The position numbers and the translations under genes are program-made. From assembly GCA_963713825.1 (NCBI GenBank), contig CAVQNG010000003.1, positions 896,001 through 960,000 on the forward strand: a DNA stretch of 64,000 bases, written 5' to 3'. Numbering within the stretch: position 1 is the first letter of the stretch; the number at the start of each line of letters is the position of its first letter. Shown here one piece after another: positions 53,007 through 61,585 of the stretch. Below the pieces are notes generated by a model. The model was not told the DNA's origin. It saw only the letters and a list, made by a program, of their open reading frames with translations, and ran no database searches. Source of the DNA: an uncultured Acidobacteriota bacterium. GTDB taxonomy: Bacteria > Acidobacteriota > Thermoanaerobaculia > Multivoradales > JAHEKO01.

Positions 53007-53789
53007 ATGAAAACAAGACCACCGGAACGAACGCCCCTGATCGCCAGGCTCACCACAGGCATGATCGCCGCTCCGCCGCTTTCAACTCTGGCGGCAGATC
53101 CAATCACCAAGCCGCGCCTGCTCCTGGGCGCTGTCGGGTGGGTGCTGCCGGTCCAGGTTGCCTGGGCGCTCCTGTGGGCTGTCGCCGGTCTGCTCGGTTC
53201 GCCGGCGCCGGCTGTCGCCGGCCAGGTCGGCGAACAGCCCATCGAGACGCTTGTCTTCGTGCGCCACGGCGAAAAGCCTGCGCTGGGCCTCGGCCTGCTG
53301 AACTGCCAGGGGCTCAATCGAGCGCTAATGCTTCCTGACTGGCTCGCCGCCAACTTTGCTCGGCCCGACCACATCTTTGCGCCTGACCCGCATGTCAAGG
53401 CGACCGAGCTCCACGGCGATGGGCAGCGGTACGACTACGTCCGGCCACTGCTCACCATCGGCCCGACAGCGATCCACCTGGGAGTGCCGATCGACACGCA
53501 GCTGCCGTTCAACGACCCCGGGCTGCTGGCCGACACCCTGCTCGACCAGCGATACCACACCACAACCATCTATCTAGCCTGGGAGCACGCCAATATCGTG
53601 GAGTTCGCAACTGTCCTGTTGACGCGATTCGGCAGCACGGCGAAGGTTCCAGCGTGGGAGAACAGCGACTACAACATGGTGTTTGTCTTCACCATCGACT
53701 GGACCGAGACGCCGTCGCTGAGCTTCGAGATCCGCTCCCAGGACTTCGAGCCAATCAGCGAGACTTGCCCGTCGGCCGCCTTTCAATAG
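53007..53789 (+). CDS. Histidine phosphatase superfamily protein, exported or membrane-anchored
   Basis: FVRHGEKP (RHG motif), RPLLT, AWEH; hydrophobic N-terminal segment; start uncertain. Confidence 0.8.
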   Translation: MKTRPPERTPLIARLTTGMIAAPPLSTLAADPITKPRLLLGAVGWVLPVQVAWALLWAVAGLLGSPAPAVAGQVGEQPIETLVFVRHGEKPALGLGLLNCQGLNRALMLPDWLAANFARPDHIFAPDPHVKATELHGDGQRYDYVRPLLTIGPTAIHLGVPIDTQLPFNDPGLLADTLLDQRYHTTTIYLAWEHANIVEFATVLLTRFGSTAKVPAWENSDYNMVFVFTIDWTETPSLSFEIRSQDFEPISETCPSAAFQ

Positions 53790-54124
53790 AGGGTAGATGT
53801 AGCGCGGGATATCGAGCCAAGTGGCTGCCAGCATTGTCGCAGTGGTGCCCAAACGCTTCGCCATCGGCTCACAGTCTCTCCTCTTCTTCCTCGTATCCAG
53901 TTGAACTCCAAGCTGGCCGTTTCAGACTAGGACAGGAAGGCAGGGTGGGGAACCCGGAATTCTTCTAGTTCTGGAGGTGCGCCGCCGACAGCCTAGTACA
54001 TTCCTAGTGACAAACCCCGTATTTCCCCTAGGTTACATCCCTTCGAGTCTCGACTAAGCTCTTTTCGATGCATGACACCGGCGGGCACCACGACGAACAC
54101 GATCGCAGAGAAGGGACTTCTTCG

Positions 54125-54562
54125 ATGCCCAATGAACATCCGAGTTGCGTTTTGCTTGCGGACCGCCACCACGGCCTCACGGAAGGCGTCCGCGGGCTGC
54201 TCGAGACGGAGTTCGAAACGGTAGTCATGGTTGCCGACGAGGCATCGCTGCTCGAGGGAGCGGTCCGACTCCATCCCGAACTGGCGGTCGTGGATTTCTC
54301 CCTCGCTGCGGACAAGGGCCTCGGCTGGTTGCGACTGTTGCGTGAGCGCTGTCCCGACCTCAAGGTGGTCGTTCTCAGCGTCCACGACGAGTCAACGGCA
54401 CGGGAGGGTGCGCGGGCGGCTGGTGCGGCTGGTTTTGTGCTCAAGCGCGATATCGCAACAGACCTGCTGCCAACAATAGACACGCTTCTAGCCGGCGATT
54501 CTCTGGAGGAACCCGGAGGCAAGACACCGAGAGGGCCGGCAAGCAAGAGAGGCACTGCATGA
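54125..54562 (+). CDS. Stand-alone receiver-domain response regulator (copy 3, diverged)
   Basis: CVLLADRH, AVVDFS, VLSVH, VLKRD; ATGA-coupled to the next gene. Confidence 0.85.
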   Translation: MPNEHPSCVLLADRHHGLTEGVRGLLETEFETVVMVADEASLLEGAVRLHPELAVVDFSLAADKGLGWLRLLRERCPDLKVVVLSVHDESTAREGARAAGAAGFVLKRDIATDLLPTIDTLLAGDSLEEPGGKTPRGPASKRGTA

Positions 54563-56187
54563 GAACGAAAATGGCTCGAATATCGCTTCGACAAACGGCG
54601 CTTTGGTCTGTCGCGTCTGCGCTCGCATTGCTAGCCATTCCCGTGAAGGCGAGCACCGCGCAGGAGCAACTGACGGTAACCGTCAGCTGCGCCTCGACGC
54701 CTGGAGAGCGGCAGCACTGCGCAGCCGATACCTCGGCGGGCATACTCCTGGCGCGATCGACAGGGCCGGCGGAGTGCTTGTTGGGACGAACCTGGGGTTA
54801 CGACGCTGCTGGGGTCTGGGTGATGGACGGCTGCAGCGGCGAGTTTCTGGTGGCCGGGGCGGCCGTGTCCGGACCTGCTGCGGCGCCGGTCACAGAGCCA
54901 CAGGAGGCCGCGGCGGCGCCCTCCGCCGAGTCAGCTGAAGGCCAGGCTGTGCTGGCCGCGGAGGCTGAAGACTCCAAGGAACCGTATCCATATACCCCAC
55001 TCTATGGAGTCCTAGATCCAGGCCGTGGTTTTCTTGTCGGACGGAGCAAACTCGGGGAGCTTTCCCTCAGCGCCTACGCGATCGTGCGGTACATGAACCA
55101 GATGCCCGACGGCCAGACCTTTACCGACCACCTTGGCAACGAGAATCCCGTCGATGCCAGGCGGGATATCTACTCCCACCGGATCCTCGTTTGGCTGAAC
55201 GGCTGGATGGCAACTCCAAAATTGCGGTACACGATCGCCTGGTGGACCGTCAACACGACCGATCAGGACGCCCTGTTCGGCAACATCGGTTACCAGTTCC
55301 ACAAGAGCTTCAACCTCTACGCCGGCATCTTCGGCAATCCCGGTTCGCGGACGATGTTCGGCTCCTTCCCCTACTGGCTCGGCACCGACCGCGTGATGGC
55401 GGACGAGTTCTTCCGGCCGTTTTTTTCCCAGGGTCTGTGGGCGAACGGTGAGGTTCTGCCCGGTCTCTGGTATAGCGCTTCGATGGGAAACACCTCGAGC
55501 ACTCTGGGCGTCACCGCCAGCCAGATTGACCGGAACTTCACCTACGGCGGGTCGGTCTGGTGGATGCCGACGACCCACGAGTTCGGCCCCAGAGGCGGGT
55601 TCGGCGACTGGGAATACCACGAAAAGCTGGCGACCCGATTCGGCGCCTCTGCAGTTTATAGCCCCGAGGAGCGCTACACGCCGATCGGCACCGCGCCGGG
55701 AAACACCGCTCTGAAGCTGGCAGACAGCCTGAACCTGTTCGCTGAGGGGTCCCTGGCGCCGGGAGTCACGGTGACCAACGCGGACTATCACATCCTCGCG
55801 GTCGATGCCGGAATAAGGTATCGCGGGTTCTTCTTTGCGACGGAGTACTACTACCGGACGCTGAACGGGTTCCAGGCGGACGGACCGGTGCCGGTCGATC
55901 AGATCGTGGACACGGGCTTCTACGTGCAGGCCGCGTTCTTCCCCATTCGGCAGACGCTCGAGCTCTACACCGCGACCTCGCAGATCTTCGGCGACATTGA
56001 CGCCGGGTTCGACAACAGCTCCGAGTACCTGGTCGGTGGGAACTGGTACCCCTTCAACACGCGTAACCACAGGCTCAACCTGCAGGTCATCGACGTCAAT
56101 AGATCTCCGGTCTCGAGTACCTTCGGTTACTACACCGGGGGCCAGGACGGCACCACCGTGTCGGCGGCGTTCTCGATCTTTTTCTAG
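54559..56187 (+). CDS. Outer-membrane porin-like protein with N-terminal Cys-containing DUF3011-like domain
   Basis: Signal peptide; C.S..GERQHC.AD..C.LG.TWGYD..GVWV..GC.GEF domain; Ala/Pro linker; beta-barrel strands ending FSIFF. Confidence 0.75.
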   Translation: MRTKMARISLRQTALWSVASALALLAIPVKASTAQEQLTVTVSCASTPGERQHCAADTSAGILLARSTGPAECLLGRTWGYDAAGVWVMDGCSGEFLVAGAAVSGPAAAPVTEPQEAAAAPSAESAEGQAVLAAEAEDSKEPYPYTPLYGVLDPGRGFLVGRSKLGELSLSAYAIVRYMNQMPDGQTFTDHLGNENPVDARRDIYSHRILVWLNGWMATPKLRYTIAWWTVNTTDQDALFGNIGYQFHKSFNLYAGIFGNPGSRTMFGSFPYWLGTDRVMADEFFRPFFSQGLWANGEVLPGLWYSASMGNTSSTLGVTASQIDRNFTYGGSVWWMPTTHEFGPRGGFGDWEYHEKLATRFGASAVYSPEERYTPIGTAPGNTALKLADSLNLFAEGSLAPGVTVTNADYHILAVDAGIRYRGFFFATEYYYRTLNGFQADGPVPVDQIVDTGFYVQAAFFPIRQTLELYTATSQIFGDIDAGFDNSSEYLVGGNWYPFNTRNHRLNLQVIDVNRSPVSSTFGYYTGGQDGTTVSAAFSIFF

Positions 56188-56254
56188 ACGACCCGTATTG
56201 GAAAGCGATTGTCATTCGCACAGGTAACCCATCGGACGACTGGAGGACAGACAG

Positions 56255-57427
56255 ATGCACTTCTACTTGTTCCACGAACGCTTCTCTTTCCGGCTTCTGG
56301 GCTCTGCTCTCGGCCTCTGCTTGATCTTGGCGGTCGCAGTCGCCATCTCGAGCCCGTCTGCCGAGGCCCAGGTACCGGCGAACGCCGACTTCCACGATTC
56401 GCACTTCCACATCACGAACTACGTTCAGGAGGGCACGGACATCCACGACCTCGTGGAGATGATGGGCAGCACGATCGGCCGTTCCACCGTCTTCGGCCTG
56501 CCGCTGCAGCAGATGTGGTCGTACCGCAACACCGGCGAGTTCGCCCCGACCTACTACCTCCAATCGGATGCGCCGCTCTACTACTACTCGTTCACCGACG
56601 CCCACATCGCCATGGCGTACAAATCTCTGACCCCGGAGCAGCAGACGCGGTTCGACCCGATGATTACCGGCTTCAACCCCGCCGACATGTACGCCGCGGA
56701 CCACATCCGGCGCGTACTGCTGACCTTCCCCGGGGTGTTTTCGGGGATCGGCGAGTTCACCATCCACAAGGAGTTCGTCTCGGCCAAGGTTGCGGGCGAA
56801 GTCGCCAGCCTCACCGACCCGGCGCTCGACCGGATCTTTGACTTTGCCGCCAAGACAGGGCTGGTCGTGATCCTCCACAACGACATCAACATGCCGTTCC
56901 CGAAGCCGGACCAGGAGCCGTACATCCTCGCCCAGCTGAAGGCGCTGTTCATGCGCCACCCGGGCACCACGATCATCTGGGCCCACCTCGGCGTCGGCCG
57001 GGTCGTTCGGCCCCTCGAGCAGCAGGCCGCGATCGTCGAGAAGATCTGCACCGACCCCGCCCTCGCGCACGTGTACCTGGACATCTCGTGGGATGAGGTC
57101 GCTAAGTACGTGACATCAACGCCGGAGGCGACGCGGCGAACCGCCGACATGATCAACCGCTACCCCGACCGCTTCCTCTTCGGCTCCGATGTGGTGGCGC
57201 CGACCTCGGTGGACGCCCAGGTCGCGGTCTACGACGCGTACGAGCCGCTCTGGGCTCTGCTGACACCGGAGGCGAGCTTCAAGGTGCGCAAGGGCAATTA
57301 CGAAACGCTCTTCGACTCGGCCCGGGTCAAGGTGCGGGCGTGGGAGCGGGCGCATGCGAACGACCCCCACGTCGTGCCGCCGTGGACGCCGGCGTCCGGA
57401 ACCGGGAACGAGTACGGCCGGCAATGA
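56255..57427 (+). CDS. Exported amidohydrolase family (TIM-barrel metallo-hydrolase) protein
   Basis: Signal peptide (AEA/Q); DSHFH, GIGE, ILHND, WAHLG, DISWD, FLFGSD motifs. Confidence 0.85.
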   Translation: MHFYLFHERFSFRLLGSALGLCLILAVAVAISSPSAEAQVPANADFHDSHFHITNYVQEGTDIHDLVEMMGSTIGRSTVFGLPLQQMWSYRNTGEFAPTYYLQSDAPLYYYSFTDAHIAMAYKSLTPEQQTRFDPMITGFNPADMYAADHIRRVLLTFPGVFSGIGEFTIHKEFVSAKVAGEVASLTDPALDRIFDFAAKTGLVVILHNDINMPFPKPDQEPYILAQLKALFMRHPGTTIIWAHLGVGRVVRPLEQQAAIVEKICTDPALAHVYLDISWDEVAKYVTSTPEATRRTADMINRYPDRFLFGSDVVAPTSVDAQVAVYDAYEPLWALLTPEASFKVRKGNYETLFDSARVKVRAWERAHANDPHVVPPWTPASGTGNEYGRQ

Positions 57428-57492
57428 CAGGCGATTGCGGTACAAGGTCGATTGCCGATATTGAATGGAAACCATAAAGAAAGGTAAGTGTC

Positions 57493-58733
57493 ATGGATGA
57501 GATCACACAGAGATTGGGGCCAGCAGCAAGGTGCCTCGCCTTAGCGGCCATGGTCCTGGCCGTGGCAATGCCGCTGGCCGCCCAGGAAGTTGATGATGAC
57601 GAGGAAGAGCCACGGTTCAAGATCTATGGCCACGTGATGACCGACATCGGCTACGACACCGGACAGGTCGACCCCGACTGGTACGACGTCATGCGGCCGA
57701 CGAAGCTGCCTGCCTACGAGAACGAGTTCGGCGAGGACGGCAACGCCTACTTCAGCGTCCGACAGACGCGGTTCGGCGTCCAGTCGTGGTTGCCGACCAA
57801 GATGGGTGAGGCGTGGGGCATCTTCGAGTTCGAAATGTTCGGAACCGGCGACGATGCCGGGCAGACCACTTTTCGGCTGCGACACGCCTATCTCGAGCTC
57901 GGCCAGTTCGGCGCCGGCCAGTACTGGAGCCCGTTCATGGACATCGACGTCTTCCCCAACTCGCTGGAGTACTGGGGACCGAGCGGCATGGTGTTCTTTC
58001 GCAACATCCAGGTGCGCTGGATGCCGATCAAGGGTGATACCCGATTGACCATCGCCCTCAGCGGCCGGGCGCCAGCAGCGACCAGGGTAACTACGAAGGT
58101 CAGATCGCGCTCGAAGAGGTGACGCCCCGATTCAACTTGCCGGACCTGTCGGCCGAGTACCGGCTGGGCCGCGACTGGGGCTACGTCGAGCTTGCCGGCA
58201 TGCTGCGGCGTATCGAATGGGACGACAACGGTCAGGACGAATACGATCTCTCGGGCGCTGCGACCGGCTGGGGCTTGAACCTGAGCTCCAACATCAAGGC
58301 GGGTGACAACAACACGATAAGGCTGCAGGTCGTTTATGGCGAGGGGATCGAGAACTACATGAACGACGCCACGGCAGACATCGGCATCGAGCCCAACCCG
58401 GGCAACCCGACGGCGCCGGTCAAGGGGGTACCTCTGCCGATCCTCGGTACCGTAGCGTTCCTCGACCACACCTGGAACGACAAGTGGACAACGGCTGTCG
58501 GGTTCTCGACCGTCGACATCGACAACACCAGCGAGCAGTCGGTTGACGCCTTCAAGAGCGGCCGCTACGCGCTGATCAACGCGCTCTACACCCCGGTTGA
58601 GAACATGATGTGTGGTGCCGAGGTGCAGTACGGATACCGCGAGAACTTCGCCGACGGGTGGACCGTCGACGACGTCAAGATCCAGTTCTCATTCAAATAC
58701 AGTTTTTCTCACCTATTTGGAGGTAGCTCATGA
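57493..58733 (+). CDS. DcaP-family trimeric outer-membrane channel; -1 frameshift near 58060
   Basis: MRPTKLP, FSVRQTRFG, FRLRHAY, GAGQYWSPFMD, RNIQVRW; second half in ORF 58119-58733 ending FSFKYSF. Restoring one G gives IALERPG. Confidence 0.85.
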
Positions 58734-59764
58734 CGCGCATGCATCGTTCCCGCACAACCACTTCGTGCCTGCTCGGCCTGGTCGGACTCGGCCTGGTGCT
58801 CTTGCCGATAGCAGCTCAGGCCCAGAGCCCGGCTGAAATTCAGGCGGCCCTCGACGCGGCCCTCGCGAAATACAGCAATCTGCAGGAAGGCGCGAACGCC
58901 GACTACATCCCGGCCCTCGCCGAAGTCGATTCGAACATCTACGGCATCGCCCTCGTGACGACGGACGGCAAGGTCTATACCGCCGGCGATGTGAAGTCCG
59001 AGGTCTCGATCCAGTCGATCTCCAAGGTCTTCACGATGGCGAAAGTCATCCAGGAGCGGGGCCCCGACTACATCGCCAACACGATCGGTGTCGACGCCAC
59101 CGGCATGCGGTTCAACTCGATCGTCTCGATCGAGTTCTCCGAGAAGGTGCTCGGCGGACCGGAAATGAATGCCCTCGTCAACCCCGGCGCCATCGCGGCG
59201 ACCAGCATGGTCAAGGGCGCCGACCGGAATGAGATCTGGAAGAGCATCCTGGGCTACTACTCCGATTTCGCCGGCCGACCACTGTCGGTCAACGAGGAGG
59301 TCTTCAAATCCGAGTCGGACACCAACCAGCGCAACCAGGCGATCGGTGCCCTCATGTACGCCTACGGCTACATCAAGGACAACCCGGATCGCGCCACCGA
59401 TATCTACACCGAGCAGTGCTCGGTGAGCGTCAACGCCAAGGACCTCGCCACGATGGCAGGATCGCTGGCCAACTCCGGAACGAACCCGGTGACGGGCAAG
59501 AAGGTACTCGAGGCGGAGTACGTCCCCAAGGTCCTAGCTGTGATGGCAACGGCCGGCCTCTACGACGATTCCGGCAAGTGGTTCTTCCGGACGGGACTGC
59601 CGGGCAAGAGCGGCGTGGGCGGTGGAATCATCGCCGTCTCACCTGGGAAATTCGGCATCGCGGTCATCTCGCCACCGCTCGACGAGGCCGGCAACAGCGT
59701 TCGCGCTCAGAAGGCCATCGCCGACATTTCCAACGCGCTCGGTGGAAATCCCCTGGCTCAGTAG
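58730..59764 (+). CDS. glsA: Glutaminase A with N-terminal signal peptide
   Basis: ADYIPALA, SIQSISKVF (SxxK), FNSI, NPGAI, Y..QCS, GLYD.SG, PGKSGVGGGI, SPPLD..GNS; signal peptide ending AQA/Q. Confidence 0.93.
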   Translation: MTRMHRSRTTTSCLLGLVGLGLVLLPIAAQAQSPAEIQAALDAALAKYSNLQEGANADYIPALAEVDSNIYGIALVTTDGKVYTAGDVKSEVSIQSISKVFTMAKVIQERGPDYIANTIGVDATGMRFNSIVSIEFSEKVLGGPEMNALVNPGAIAATSMVKGADRNEIWKSILGYYSDFAGRPLSVNEEVFKSESDTNQRNQAIGALMYAYGYIKDNPDRATDIYTEQCSVSVNAKDLATMAGSLANSGTNPVTGKKVLEAEYVPKVLAVMATAGLYDDSGKWFFRTGLPGKSGVGGGIIAVSPGKFGIAVISPPLDEAGNSVRAQKAIADISNALGGNPLAQ

Positions 59765-59819
59765 CCAGATGCAGCACCGAAGCAGATCGAACCCACGACG
59801 GTGAATCAAACGGAAGGGA

Positions 59820-60494
59820 ATGAAAATGAAGAAAGCAAACCTGATCTGTCTCTTTTTTGTGCCGCTGTTGGCAGCGGGAACCATGCTGTCAGCGGCGGAC
59901 TCGAACTGGATCGTGCGCGGCCAGTATGTAAAGACCTGGCCGAGCACGGATTCGTATCAGACCGAGAGCGTGATCGGGGATCTGCCGTCGATTGTCAATA
60001 GTTTCAGCGTCGACAGCGGTCAGGGCTTCGGGCTCGACATCGAGTACAAGTTCAACAAGAGAATCGGCATCGTGTTGTCGGGCATCTTCACCGACATGGA
60101 GGGCACCTTCGTCTACGGCTTCGAACCTGGCGAGGAGAACAGATTCTCCTCTGACCCCAACACGGTGGATTTCTACACGATCAATGGGGGTATGAACTAC
60201 CACTTCAGCCCGGATGCGGTCGTCGACTTCTACCTCGGGGCCTTCGCAGGCGTCTTTTCCTACGACAGTGTCACTTTCACCCTGCCGGAGCTCGATCGAC
60301 AGTTCAAGATCAACTTCGACGATCAGTTCTCCTACGGTCTCAACGCCGGGCTCGACATCCCGTTTGGTGACAGCCCCTTCATGGCGACGCTGGGCGTCAG
60401 GTACCTGATCAGCGATCTGAAGGAAGACGGTGGACCGCGCGAGATCGCCATCGATCCGCTCATCGGATCGATCGGTATCGGTTTTCGGTTCTAG
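59820..60494 (+). CDS. OmpW-like outer-membrane protein (copy 3, diverged 5' part)
   Basis: Paralog of 34189-34854; last about 110 bp and the downstream spacer near-identical to copy 1. Confidence 0.82.
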   Translation: MKMKKANLICLFFVPLLAAGTMLSAADSNWIVRGQYVKTWPSTDSYQTESVIGDLPSIVNSFSVDSGQGFGLDIEYKFNKRIGIVLSGIFTDMEGTFVYGFEPGEENRFSSDPNTVDFYTINGGMNYHFSPDAVVDFYLGAFAGVFSYDSVTFTLPELDRQFKINFDDQFSYGLNAGLDIPFGDSPFMATLGVRYLISDLKEDGGPREIAIDPLIGSIGIGFRF

Positions 60495-60540
60495 AGTTCG
60501 AAGTCTGTGAATCCGTTGAGGGCTCGAGGCAATCCGGGGG

Positions 60541-60752
60541 CTGTCGCCGCGCGCTCGACCACGTTGACGGTCACGATCATGGCGATCGACACCGAAATCC
60601 CTTCGGTCACCTTCACGGGTCCTGGCGGCAACACCCGCACGATCCATGTGATGCACCCCGAGAAGCTCGTCGGCGTGAAAGTCGGGGACTCGGTGGAGAT
60701 TACCTACGCCAAAGCTCTCGCGCTCAGTGTCGAAAAAACGCCGAAAAACTAA
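60541..60752 (+). pseudogene. 5'-deleted copy of lipoprotein 34973-35584
   Basis: Sequence equal to 34861-34900 joins directly to sequence matching from about 35372; about 470 bp including the start and lipobox is missing. Confidence 0.85.
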
Positions 60753-60797
60753 ATTCAAACCGGAATATCTGGGACGTCTGTCCCGAGGAGGAGTGAG

Positions 60798-61370
60798 ATG
60801 GAAAATGTCAGGGAAGCGATCGGTGACTGGGCGGAGGAAGCGAAGAAGCACGCCGGGTGGCTCGTGGCACTGGGGGTAGTGACGATCATCGCGGGTATTC
60901 TCGCCATGGCGGCGCCCATGCTCAGCGGCTTCGGTGTCTCGATCATGATCGGCATTGCGTTGTTGATCGGTGGCGTCGCGCGGACCGTCAGCGCATTCAG
61001 TGCGGGCTCGTTCGGCCAGGGAACCCTCGCGTTCCTCGGTGGCATCCTCACCTTCGTAGCGGGTGTGGTCCTCATCTTCCGGCCCGGCGTCGGGGTGGCG
61101 AGCCTGACCCTGGCGCTCGGGATCTACCTGCTGGTGGACGGAGTCTCCGGCACCATCCTCGCATTCCGCGTAAGGCCGGAGAAGGGATGGGGTTGGATGC
61201 TTTTTAGCGGTGCCATGGGCGTGTTGCTGGGGATCATGCTGCTCAAGGAGTGGCCGGTCTCCGGGCTGTGGGCCGTCGGAATGTTGGTGGGGGTCAACAT
61301 GCTCTTCGCCGGTTTCTCCATCACTTCCATCGGCTCGGCCGCCCGGGGTGTGGCCAAGCGGCTGTCGTAG
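60798..61370 (+). CDS. hdeD: HdeD family acid-resistance membrane protein, copy 2
   Basis: Protein identical to 35630-36202 except the last residue (T vs S). Confidence 0.85.
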   Translation: MENVREAIGDWAEEAKKHAGWLVALGVVTIIAGILAMAAPMLSGFGVSIMIGIALLIGGVARTVSAFSAGSFGQGTLAFLGGILTFVAGVVLIFRPGVGVASLTLALGIYLLVDGVSGTILAFRVRPEKGWGWMLFSGAMGVLLGIMLLKEWPVSGLWAVGMLVGVNMLFAGFSITSIGSAARGVAKRLS

Positions 61371-61382
61371 GATCAAATGAGT

Positions 61383-61415
61383 CGCCCGGCCTTTCGCGCT
61401 CGGGAAGGCCGGGCG
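61383..61415. terminator. GC-rich hairpin after hdeD copy 2
   Basis: CGCCCGGCCTT...AAGGCCGGGCG stem; no clear U-tract. Confidence 0.45.
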
Positions 61416-61585
61416 CGGCCGATTTCAATGACGCCATCACCGCCGGGGCAGCCCTCGATTGTCCCCACAAGCGGTGAGTTTGGAAACGTCAGAGTCTCGA
61501 CCTCGATTGGGTACAGTCACCTGGGGTGGGCCGCTCCCCCGGGTTCCTATCTATAATCGGCGACACCAACGCCGAGGAGAGATCG

